The notes under the pieces were generated by a model that was not told where the DNA came from, searched no databases, and was given only the letters and a program-made list of their open reading frames with translations. This document shows positions 28,457 to 37,371 of a DNA stretch of 64,000 nucleotides, one piece after another (positions within the stretch are counted from its first letter, which is position 1; every line of letters begins with the position of its first letter). Source of the DNA: an uncultured Spirochaetota bacterium (GTDB taxonomy: Bacteria > Spirochaetota > Spirochaetia > SZUA-6 > Fen-1364); the NCBI GenBank assembly GCA_963745235.1, contig CAVUXE010000052.1, positions 128,001 through 192,000 on the forward strand. Reading direction: 5' to 3'. A program made the translations under genes and the position numbers.

Positions 28457-30119
28457 GCGCTCTCGCGCACCTTCCCCGCTTCCAGCACGAGCGTCCGTTC
28501 CATCCCCGAGGATCCGCGATGGGTCACCATGACCAGGGTCCTGCCCCGCGATAGAACCTCGATGCCGGCCCCCACCAGCGCGGCGTTGGACGGGTCCAGG
28601 TGAGCGGTGGGCTCGTCCAGCAGCACAAGGCTTGGACGACGGAGGAAAAGCCGCGCCAGCGCCACCCGCTGCGCCTGCCCGCGGGAAAGTCCCTGCCCCC
28701 CCTCGCCTACCAGCGTATCCAGGCCGGCCGGCAAACGTTCAAGGAACTCCGAGGCGCATGCCATGTCCGCGGCGCGCGAGATTTCCTTCTCGCGGGCATC
28801 AAGTCTTCCCAGCCTGATGTTCTCCCGGATTGTGCCATGGAAAAGCGTGGGCTTCTGGGGAAGCCATGCCACCGTGTGAAGCCATTCACGGCGTTCTCTG
28901 AGCGAAAGCGGGGAGCCGTCAATGAGCACATCGCCTCGAGACGGGTCGAGAAACCGAAGCAGGATGTTCAGGATGGTGGACTTCCCGATGCCGCTCGCTC
29001 CGGTCAAGGCCACGCGCCCGCCGGACGGGATGGTGAATGACACGTCCTCCAGGATTGTCCGAGTGTCGTAGCTGAACGAGACCGAATGGAAGGTGACCGA
29101 ACAGGCGCCGTCAGGCGCAGCAAGCCTTGCGGCCTGGTGCGACTCAGCGGACTTCCTCCCGGTGTCGCGGGCAAAGAGCGCCGTGATGCGCTCTGCCGCG
29201 CTCATCGCCTCCATGCGCATATGATAGTAGGTTCCGAGATTCCGAAGGACAAGGAAATACTCGGGGGCGGCCATGAGGATGAAATACGCGCGGGCAAACT
29301 CGCATTGTCCCCGCCATGAGCCGCAGGCCGGACAGGACCGCAACGATCGCGATGCTGACGGCTGACAGGAGCTCCAGCATGAAGGAGGAAAGGAAAGCGA
29401 TGCGCATCACGGACATGGTGGCAGTCCGGTATTCGTTGGAGGCCCGCTCGATCTCTTCGGCCTCGCGGCGCGCTGCCCCGAACATCTTGACCGTGGTCAG
29501 CCCCTGGAGGACGTCGAGGAACCTCCCGCTCATGCGCGCAAGGGTGGCCCACAGCCGCTGGTTCCTGAGGTGCGATTCCTCTCCAATGACGATCATGCTC
29601 ACCGGGAGGAACGCCGCGGTCAGGACCAGAACAAGGCCGGATATCCAGTCCAGCGGGAACACGATGGCAAGGACGGTGAAGGGCAGCAGGGTGGACAGGG
29701 CCCGCTGCGGCAGGTAGCGGGAGTAGTAGCCCTCAAGCGCCTCCACGGCGTCGACCACGAGCGTGACTACCTCGCCGGTCTTCATCCCCGCGAGCGCAAT
29801 CGGGCCCAGCGCGCGCAAGCGCTCTCCCGCATCGAAGCGGACCGCCTGCTTGACCCGGGAAGCGCACTCGAATGCGGCCCGCCGAGTCCCCCATGAAACC
29901 ATGAATCGCGCGGGCACGAGCGCAGCCAGGGCAGCGAACAGGCCGGGCAAGAGAGGCGACCCCGGCGGAGTGAAATATGACGTCGTCCGCGATGCGCACA
30001 AGGAGCGCGGTCTGGAGTATGAGGAGGATTCCTGAGAGCTCGCCCAGCGCAATTGTCAGGGCCAGCGGCCGACGGGAATGCCTGCCGTTCTGCCGCAGCC
30101 AGGCGGAAGTGCCTGTCAT
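28453..30119 (-). CDS. cydD: ABC exporter subunit CydD (two apparent indels near 29950-30000 and 29310)
   Basis: Pieces in three frames: YYSRYLPQ, FLDVLQGLTT, TMSVMRIAFLSS, APEYF..LRNLGTYYH, GASGIGKST, DEPTAHLD. Confidence 0.9.
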
Positions 30120-30198
30120 CCCTGCCGAGTGTACGCGCAAAACTCCGCGATTGACAACCCGGGGGAGGATGTGCTAATTCGAGCAAAAAGGGGGAGCC

Positions 30199-31503
30199 GT
30201 GGTGGTCGAATCACTATCGCGCATCCAGTTCGCCAGCGTCGCCATCTTCCACTTCCTTTTCGTCCCTCTCACCCTCGGTCTCAGCACCCTCGTTGCAATC
30301 ATGGAAACGATGTACGCGAGGACGGGTGATGAGACATACCTGAAGATGACCCGGTACTGGAGCAGGCTGTTCCTGGTCAACTTCGCGGTCGGGGTGGTGA
30401 CGGGGATCACGCTGGAGTTCCAGTTCGGAATGAATTGGGCGGAGTACTCGAAGTTCGTGGGGGACATCTTCGGCGCGCCCCTGGCCATCGAGGCCACTGT
30501 CGCGTTCTTCCTGGAGTCGACCTTCATCGGAGTCTGGATGTTCAGCTGGAAGCGGGTTTCCCGCGGCGCGCACGCCGCCATCATGTGGCTCGTCGCCTTT
30601 GCCAGCACGCTGTCCGCGCTGTGGATCCTCCTGGCCAACGGGTGGATGCAGAAGCCTCGCGGCTACGTCATTTCCGGCGGACGCGCGCAGCTCTCCGACT
30701 TCGGGGCACTGATCTGGAACCCGTACGCGTGGATCAAGTTCTTCCACGTCATCATGGCCGCCTGGACGCTCGCCGCCTTTTTTGTCATGGGGATTTCCGC
30801 CATTCACATGCTGCGGGGCAGGAACAGCGAGATGGTGCGGAAGTCTTTCCGACTGGCGGCGCCCTTCGGGCTCATCGCCTCCGTGCTCATCATCGTCGCC
30901 GGAGACCTTTCGGGCGTCCAGGTGGCGAAGTTCCAGCCAACAAAGCTCGCGGCCATGGAAGCGCAATGGAAAACGCAGTCCAACGTTCCCTTTTACCTGA
31001 TGGCGCTCCCGGACGTGCGAGCGGACCGCAACAGCATCGAAGCCCTTCCCATTCCCGGCCTTTTGAGCTTCCTCGCCTACCATGATTCAACCGCGACGAT
31101 AAAGGGATTGGAGGACTTTCCGGCGCCGGAGCGTCCGCCGGTGCTGGTGACCTTCATCGCCTTTCGGACCATGGTGGCCCTGGGTTTCCTCTTCGCGCTG
31201 TGCGCCCTTCTTTCCGTCATCTTTGCATGGACAAAGACTTTTGAAACGCAACGATGGTTCCTCTGGGTCATGGCTGTCGCGCTGGTCCTGCCGTATCTGG
31301 CGAGCGAGCTGGGGTGGATCCTCGCGGAGATCGGCAGGCAGCCCTGGATCGTCTATGGGCTCCTGAAAACGGCGGACGCGTATTCCCGCTCCATCACCCC
31401 GGCGGACGTGCTGGGCTCCCTCATAGCCTTCCTGGTCATCTACGGGACCCTTGCGGCCGTGGATGCTTTCCTTCTCACCAGATACGCGCGGAAGGTGGAA
31501 TAA
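30199..31503 (+). CDS. cydA: cytochrome bd ubiquinol oxidase subunit I
   Basis: LSRIQFA..FHFLFVPLT, GITLEFQFGMNW, QPTKLAAME, EIGRQPW. Confidence 0.98.
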   Translation: MVVESLSRIQFASVAIFHFLFVPLTLGLSTLVAIMETMYARTGDETYLKMTRYWSRLFLVNFAVGVVTGITLEFQFGMNWAEYSKFVGDIFGAPLAIEATVAFFLESTFIGVWMFSWKRVSRGAHAAIMWLVAFASTLSALWILLANGWMQKPRGYVISGGRAQLSDFGALIWNPYAWIKFFHVIMAAWTLAAFFVMGISAIHMLRGRNSEMVRKSFRLAAPFGLIASVLIIVAGDLSGVQVAKFQPTKLAAMEAQWKTQSNVPFYLMALPDVRADRNSIEALPIPGLLSFLAYHDSTATIKGLEDFPAPERPPVLVTFIAFRTMVALGFLFALCALLSVIFAWTKTFETQRWFLWVMAVALVLPYLASELGWILAEIGRQPWIVYGLLKTADAYSRSITPADVLGSLIAFLVIYGTLAAVDAFLLTRYARKVE

Positions 31504-31504
31504 T

Positions 31505-32533
31505 ATGGCTCTGCAGGTGCTGTGGTTTGTTCTGTGGGGAGTTCTGTGGGCGGTGTACTTCATGCTGGATGGATTCGATTTCGGGACCGGAATGCTTCGC
31601 AATTTCCTGGCCAGCGACGAGGCGGAAAAGGAGGTAGCCCTTGCAACCATCGGGCCGGTCTGGAACGGAAACGAGGTCTGGCTGATAACGGCCGGCGGAG
31701 CCACCTTTGCTGCGTTCCCGCTCACGTATGCCTCCCTGTTCAGCTTCCTGTACCTGCCCATGCTCCTGATCCTTTTCTCCCTGATCCTCAGGGGCGTCTC
31801 CGTCGAGTTTCGCGGGAAGATCGACACGCCGCGGTGGCGCGCCGTATGGGACTGGGTGCTGGCAGTCACAAGCTTCACAGCGCCGCTGGTCCTGGGGCTC
31901 GGGTTCGGCAACATCTTCAAGGGACTGCCCATTGCGCAGGACGGCTACCGGGGCAGCTTCGGAATGCTTTTCAACCCCTATGGGCTCCTGACAGCGGTCC
32001 TGTTCGTTGTCCTGTTCCTGCAGCATGGGGCGGTATGGCTCGCGCTGAGATCCGGGGGCGGGATATCCGAAAGGAGCTCGCGGCTGGCCGGAAGGCTGTG
32101 GTACCTCGTGCTCCTGGTCGCCGTTGCTTTTCTTGTGCTCACGGGCTTTTCCACGAAGCTGTACGACAACTTTTTTTCGCACCCCGGGTGGCTGCTTGTC
32201 CCCGTCCTGGCCGTGGCGGCCCTTCTCCTGGTCAAAATCCTGCACGCGCGGGCGCGGATGCTGGGGGCTTTCTTCTCTTCCTGCGCCCTGATCGTGCTGG
32301 TTGTTGCGACGGGTCTCGTGGGGCTTTTCCCGAACCTCATCCCTTCAAGCCTTGATCCCGCCGCAAGCCTGACGATCTTCAACTCCTCATCAGGTCCCTA
32401 CACGCTTCGGCTCATGAGCATCGTAGCGGCCATCTTCGTCCCGATCGTCATCGTGTACCAGGTGCTTGTGTACCGGTTCTTCCGGGAGAAGACGACGCCG
32501 GGCTCCCTTGCCAACCACTCAGGGGGCTACTGA
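31505..32533 (+). CDS. cydB: cytochrome bd ubiquinol oxidase subunit II
   Basis: LDGFDFG..IGPVWNGNEVWLI.AGG..FAAFP..Y. Confidence 0.97.
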   Translation: MALQVLWFVLWGVLWAVYFMLDGFDFGTGMLRNFLASDEAEKEVALATIGPVWNGNEVWLITAGGATFAAFPLTYASLFSFLYLPMLLILFSLILRGVSVEFRGKIDTPRWRAVWDWVLAVTSFTAPLVLGLGFGNIFKGLPIAQDGYRGSFGMLFNPYGLLTAVLFVVLFLQHGAVWLALRSGGGISERSSRLAGRLWYLVLLVAVAFLVLTGFSTKLYDNFFSHPGWLLVPVLAVAALLLVKILHARARMLGAFFSSCALIVLVVATGLVGLFPNLIPSSLDPAASLTIFNSSSGPYTLRLMSIVAAIFVPIVIVYQVLVYRFFREKTTPGSLANHSGGY

Positions 32534-33156
32534 GGCTCTTTGCGCAGCACTCTCCAGGAAAGCCACGAGGCGCCCCAGGCCAGGAGAAGCCCGGAGGCGA
32601 CGTCCGCGACATAGTGCTGCTTGACGAAGACCGTGGACACCACGATCAGGGCTGTCCACGCCGCGGCCACTATGCCCAGCCTTCGATCCGTTCTCCACCA
32701 ATGGATGGCAATGATGGTGGACAACGACGTGTGCAGGCTCGGAAAATCGTTGTAGGGGTTGTCCCCCGCGTACACGTCGCGAACCATGCGGGAGAACAGG
32801 TCGGTGCCGGCGACCACCGGGCGAATGACCTCCGACTGCAGCAGGAAATAGACCAGGTAGCTGACGAGCATCGCAAGAATCACTGAAAGCGCCGCTGACT
32901 GGAAGATCCTTGTCCTGAAGACAAGAAAGACAATGAGCGAGAAATAGATGAGCGGCTCGAGAGATACATAGGGGATGACGAAGAGCGGGACCAGCGGAAG
33001 GGCATCGTCCAGGGGAGTTTTCAAATGGAGGATTGCCGGGCCGTGGTTCAACGGAGAATAGATCTTGCTGGCGGCGAAAACCCCGGCGGCAAGCAGAAGG
33101 GATGCTACGGCGTTGATCCACCCCGTCCGGACGATGCCTCGATCGAGCAACCTCAT
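32527..33156 (-). CDS. PAP2-superfamily membrane phosphatase/phosphotransferase (AUR1-like)
   Basis: RP..D.P.NDFPSLH and STVFVKQHYVAD motifs with TM helices. Confidence 0.85.
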   Translation of the reverse strand: MRLLDRGIVRTGWINAVASLLLAAGVFAASKIYSPLNHGPAILHLKTPLDDALPLVPLFVIPYVSLEPLIYFSLIVFLVFRTRIFQSAALSVILAMLVSYLVYFLLQSEVIRPVVAGTDLFSRMVRDVYAGDNPYNDFPSLHTSLSTIIAIHWWRTDRRLGIVAAAWTALIVVSTVFVKQHYVADVASGLLLAWGASWLSWRVLRKEPQ

Positions 33157-33301
33157 CGGGGAATTGAACCACGCAGAGGCCCCGGAGGCAAGCCCAGGGA
33201 AACGGACAGGGAACGCCGCAGTTGGACGGGCGTTCGGCGAAAACGTGATTTTGGTGAAGCGGTATATACTTGTAGGTGGGGTGCAACCCCAGGAGGACGC
33301 A

Positions 33302-33832
33302 ATGAGCGAGTACATGAGCCAGATCCCCGTCGAAATACAAGGGCATATCCGCCAGATCACAAAGAGCTCCGGGCTCCCCGACACGGAAGATTCCCTGGAG
33401 ATGATCGCGCAGGGTTGGCTGGAGAAGAAGGAGCGCTTCGAGCGCCATATCTCGCGAATGTCGCTGGAAGAGGTGGAGGTGCTGGAGAGAGCGGACGGCC
33501 GCGGTTGCCTCGCAATGACGTATTCGGGCTCCCTCATCAACATCGGCCCCCAGAGGGACCAGGGCAGGAACGTCCAGTATGTGAGCATCGGGCTTCGCAA
33601 GGACGTCCCGGAGTCCGCATCTCAGGAGAACTCCCAGCTGCAGGGGGACGTGCGGATCGGAGCTCCCGTAGCTTTCTCCTCGGGTCCCATCCTCAGCTCG
33701 TCTCCGGTGTTCAAGATTGCCGTGACGGCTGAGGAGCTGGACCTCGACGAGCAGGAGCGTCAGATCAGCAAGTCCACGGAGATCCTGACCAAGGAGTTCG
33801 TCAAGGTCAACAAGGAGCTGGATGAGGAATAG
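33302..33832 (+). CDS. hypothetical cytoplasmic protein, first gene of the kinase operon
   Basis: AGGAGG SD before ATG 33302; 176 aa; no recognised domain. Confidence 0.8.
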   Translation: MSEYMSQIPVEIQGHIRQITKSSGLPDTEDSLEMIAQGWLEKKERFERHISRMSLEEVEVLERADGRGCLAMTYSGSLINIGPQRDQGRNVQYVSIGLRKDVPESASQENSQLQGDVRIGAPVAFSSGPILSSSPVFKIAVTAEELDLDEQERQISKSTEILTKEFVKVNKELDEE

Positions 33833-33853
33833 CCGACGGCGGGACGCATCCTG

Positions 33854-34870
33854 ATGCAGGAGCTCGTTCGAAGGCTCGGCGAGATCTTTCGACGCAGCGG
33901 CCCTCCGGAGGCGTTATCCTACGGGGAAGTCATTGCGGGGGCACTGGAAGCTCTGCAGACCGAGTCCCCGCGAATCCGACCGGCCGATGACAACGGCAGG
34001 CCCGGGGGCCTTGTTCTCCTGGATCCCGGCCTCTCCACTATCGTGGTGCCGGACCTTCACGCGCGGATGGACTTCTTTCTGGGCGTGCTCGGGTACCAGG
34101 CGGAAGAAGGCAGCAGGACCCTCGACCTCCTGGAAGAGGGGCGCCTCCAGGTGGTCTGCCTGGGTGACGGTGTGCACGCGGAGGGCCGGGCCGCCCAGCG
34201 CTGGCAGGCCGCCCAGGCGGAGTTCCTGGACACCTATCGAACTCACGGGAGCATGGATGATGAGATGCGTGAGAGCCTGGGAGTGATGGAGATGGTGATG
34301 GAGGTCAAGCGCCGTTATCCCGCCCTCTTCCATTTCCTCAAGGGCAACCATGAGAACATCACCAACGAAAGCGGCGGGGGCAATCTCCCCTTTCGCAAGT
34401 TCGCCCTGGAGGGGATAATGGTGCTCTCCTATATGAAACAGTTCTATGGTCCCCAGCTGCTCGGTCAGTATGCGCGGATGGAGAAGGAGTTGCCGCTCCT
34501 TGCGGTGGGCCCGGACTTTCTTCTCTCCCACGCAGAGCCGGCCACCTTTTTTCCCCCGCATCGCATCATCGGGTACCGCACGGACCCGGAGGTCGTGGAG
34601 GGGCTCACGTGGACAGACAATGACGAAGCCGAACCGGGAAGCGTTGATCAGATGCTGGAGTGCTACCTGGGGGAGGAGGCAGCGCGGGGCGCGCTGTACC
34701 TCGGCGGTCATCGGCCAGCCGCTGGCTCCTACAAGCTGCGCGCCGGCGGGAAGTACGTGCAGATCCATGATCCCGAGCGGTTCGTTATTGCGCATCTTCC
34801 TGCCACGGGGGGCATTCAGCTCGAGCGGGACATCGTGCGGATAGACGAGCGATCCCTATTGGCGGTGTGA
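33854..34870 (+). CDS. calcineurin-like metallophosphoesterase (PPP-like phosphatase)
   Basis: PDLHA, LGDGVH, KGNHE, SHA, LTWTD and GGH metal-ligand motifs in the expected order. Confidence 0.85.
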   Translation: MQELVRRLGEIFRRSGPPEALSYGEVIAGALEALQTESPRIRPADDNGRPGGLVLLDPGLSTIVVPDLHARMDFFLGVLGYQAEEGSRTLDLLEEGRLQVVCLGDGVHAEGRAAQRWQAAQAEFLDTYRTHGSMDDEMRESLGVMEMVMEVKRRYPALFHFLKGNHENITNESGGGNLPFRKFALEGIMVLSYMKQFYGPQLLGQYARMEKELPLLAVGPDFLLSHAEPATFFPPHRIIGYRTDPEVVEGLTWTDNDEAEPGSVDQMLECYLGEEAARGALYLGGHRPAAGSYKLRAGGKYVQIHDPERFVIAHLPATGGIQLERDIVRIDERSLLAV

Positions 34871-34871
34871 C

Positions 34872-36476
34872 ATGAAGAAGATCGGAAAGTACGAGCTGAT
34901 CGGAAAGATCGCACAGGGTGGGATGGGAGCCCTCTACACGGCACGGCACCCGACCCTGGAAAGAGTCGTGCTCCTGAAGAAGCTCGCGATCCACGGCGGC
35001 GGCCAGGTCGTGGAAAGGTTCAAGCGCGAAGCGCGCCTCATGATGGACCTCAACAGCGAGCGGATCGTCCAGGTGTACGATCACTTCAAGGAAGGCCCCA
35101 ACTACTACATTGTGGAGGAGTATGTCGAAGGGATCTCTCTCGACGCTCTGATCCGCAAGGAGCGATACCTCTCCAACGATGCGGCAATGCTCGTCCTCTA
35201 CGAGGTGTGCCGCGCTCTGAAGTTCGCCCATGACCGGCAGGTGATCCATCGCGATATCAAGCCGGGCAACATCCTCATCTCGAGCCATGGAGAGGTAAAG
35301 CTCGCCGACTTCGGGATTGCCACATCTGCGGCGGAAATGGACGACGGCCTCACGAAGGACGGAACCATGCTGGGCACCCCGGCATACGTCCCGCCGGAGC
35401 AGATCGAGGACGCTCGAAACGTGGACCGCCGCGCGGATATCTACTCCGTCGGAGTCGTCCTGTACGAGATGCTGACGGGGAAGACCCCCTACCCCGGCTC
35501 TTTCACGGCAGAGACGATCCGCCTCATTCACAAGGGCAGGCACACGCCTCCCCGCCGCCTGAACCCTCGGGCGTCACCCTTCCTGGCCAGGATCGCCGCC
35601 ACCTGCATGAAGGTCAATCGCCGTCGGCGCTACCAGGACCTCGGCGTCATCCTCCGTCTCCTGGAAAAGCGCATTCCCCGCAGGGATCCGGCTACAGTCC
35701 GGCAGGCCATGAAGAAGGTCCTCAAAGGGGAAAGCATCCAGGATTTCCTTCGACGAAGCCGGGCGCCGACCTACTGGACCCTTGCGGCAATCCTGGCCGT
35801 GCTGGTGCTTGCATCAGGTGGCTGGCTGCTTTTCCGTCAGGGCTACTGGTACGAGCTGTTCGAGGGGAACCGCTACGGAGCGCTCATCGTCTCTGCTCAG
35901 GTTGACAGCGCGTACAAGGACCCCGAGGAGGTCTTCTTCAAGCCGGTGCTCTATCGGGAGAAGGGCAACCAGCTGACAAGGATCAACGGAATCGACTTCA
36001 GCATCCACGAAAGCCCGTCCGGCCGCACAGGAGATACCTACCTCCTTTCCTCGAAGAAGCTCTACCTGGAGGCCGGCAGGTACAGGCTCAAAGTCGGGCT
36101 GGAAGGGCAGCTGTACTGGTCATCCTTCACGCTGAGCCCGCGATGGGTCCAGCGGAAGTCGTTTGACACGGCCAACGCGCAGAGAGTCACTCTGCGTCAG
36201 GAAAGCGCGCCATCCCTGCCGCTCACCGTCAGGTACTCGGTCTCCAGCGCGGAAACCGGTGAGGACCTGACAGGAACGGCGAAAGTCCAGGTCCTGGTGG
36301 GGGACCACTGGCTTCCCGTCTTTCTTGCCAAGGCCGAAGGACTTTCGCCGGGGCGCACATACACGTTTCGGGTGGAAAAGGATGGATACGTGGGGCAGGA
36401 GTTCAATCTCATCATCAAACCGTACCAGTCGACGCTCGTCCTCGATGCTCGACTCGTACCCGAGGCCAAGAGGTGA
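34872..36476 (+). CDS. membrane-anchored Hanks-type Ser/Thr protein kinase
   Basis: IAQGGMG, LLKKL, RFKREA, HRDIKPGN, DFG, GTPAYVPPEQ, DIYSVG; TM WTLAAILAVLVLASGGWLLF; C-terminal beta-rich external domain. Confidence 0.95.
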   Translation: MKKIGKYELIGKIAQGGMGALYTARHPTLERVVLLKKLAIHGGGQVVERFKREARLMMDLNSERIVQVYDHFKEGPNYYIVEEYVEGISLDALIRKERYLSNDAAMLVLYEVCRALKFAHDRQVIHRDIKPGNILISSHGEVKLADFGIATSAAEMDDGLTKDGTMLGTPAYVPPEQIEDARNVDRRADIYSVGVVLYEMLTGKTPYPGSFTAETIRLIHKGRHTPPRRLNPRASPFLARIAATCMKVNRRRRYQDLGVILRLLEKRIPRRDPATVRQAMKKVLKGESIQDFLRRSRAPTYWTLAAILAVLVLASGGWLLFRQGYWYELFEGNRYGALIVSAQVDSAYKDPEEVFFKPVLYREKGNQLTRINGIDFSIHESPSGRTGDTYLLSSKKLYLEAGRYRLKVGLEGQLYWSSFTLSPRWVQRKSFDTANAQRVTLRQESAPSLPLTVRYSVSSAETGEDLTGTAKVQVLVGDHWLPVFLAKAEGLSPGRTYTFRVEKDGYVGQEFNLIIKPYQSTLVLDARLVPEAKR

Positions 36477-36480
36477 TCTC

Positions 36481-37371
36481 ATGACGACAATGAGCAGCAG
36501 GCTCATCATTCTCGCGTTGGGCTTTCTCGGAGGGTTGGCGGCGTGGCCGGCGGCGGAGCTGATCCTGTACTCCCAGGGCGCGTTCCCCTCGTACCTGGCA
36601 TTCCTATCTCTTCTTGGAGCGGTGGTCGGCGCCCTCGTGGGCGCTTTCTTCGGAGCCGGCGAAGGGATCACATCAAGGATCAGAAACAGGATTCCCGCAG
36701 GAATGCTCCTCGGCGCCCTTGTCGGGTGCATTGGCGGTGCCCTCGGGGCGCTCGTGGGACAGGCCGCCCTCTGGCTGATCGGCGGCATCTTCCTGCTGTC
36801 CTACAGGGACATGCAGTGGGTGGTCCTCCCCGTTTCCCGAGCCATCGGATGGGCGGTGCTCGGCGTGTTTGTCGGGGCCGGCGAAGGTTGTCGCTCTCTT
36901 TCCCCCAAGAAGATCGCTGTCGGCGTCCTGGGCGGGTTTCTGGGCGGGATGGTGGGTGGTTTCGCCCTCGAGTACTCGCGGCTCCTTCTTCCGGGTTTCG
37001 CGCTTTTCCGTCTCGTCGGCCTCGTCATCCTGGGGCTTGCCATCGGCTTTTTCTACGGGCTGATCGAGCAGGGAATGTCCTTCGGAGTCCTTCGCATCCT
37101 TGCGGGAGAGCTCAAGGGGAAGGAGTTCTTCCTCACCGAGAGGCGCATCCGCATTGGCCGCTCCCCTCGCAACGAGATAGCGCTGCCCGCCTATGAGGAC
37201 CTTGCGGACCTCCAGGCTGACATCCGCGTCAGGAAGGGGGAGCCGGTGATCACGAACCTTGACCCGAGCGTCGCAATGCTTGTCAACGAAGAGAAAGTCA
37301 AGGAAAGGAAGCTGAAGCTCGGGGACGTGATCAAAATCGGGTCAGCGAGAATCTTTTACAAGTACGGATGA
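36481..37371 (+). CDS. glycine-rich multi-pass membrane protein with C-terminal FHA domain
   Basis: About 6 hydrophobic GxxxG-rich helices, then LRILAG..GKEF.L....IGRS..N.I.L....LKLGDVIKIG. Confidence 0.85.
   Translation: MTTMSSRLIILALGFLGGLAAWPAAELILYSQGAFPSYLAFLSLLGAVVGALVGAFFGAGEGITSRIRNRIPAGMLLGALVGCIGGALGALVGQAALWLIGGIFLLSYRDMQWVVLPVSRAIGWAVLGVFVGAGEGCRSLSPKKIAVGVLGGFLGGMVGGFALEYSRLLLPGFALFRLVGLVILGLAIGFFYGLIEQGMSFGVLRILAGELKGKEFFLTERRIRIGRSPRNEIALPAYEDLADLQADIRVRKGEPVITNLDPSVAMLVNEEKVKERKLKLGDVIKIGSARIFYKYG

Noticed and set aside
28453-30119. cydD split into three ORFs
   Set aside because: The pieces are collinear with one CydD and the partner genes are intact, so I treat it as a sequencing artefact.
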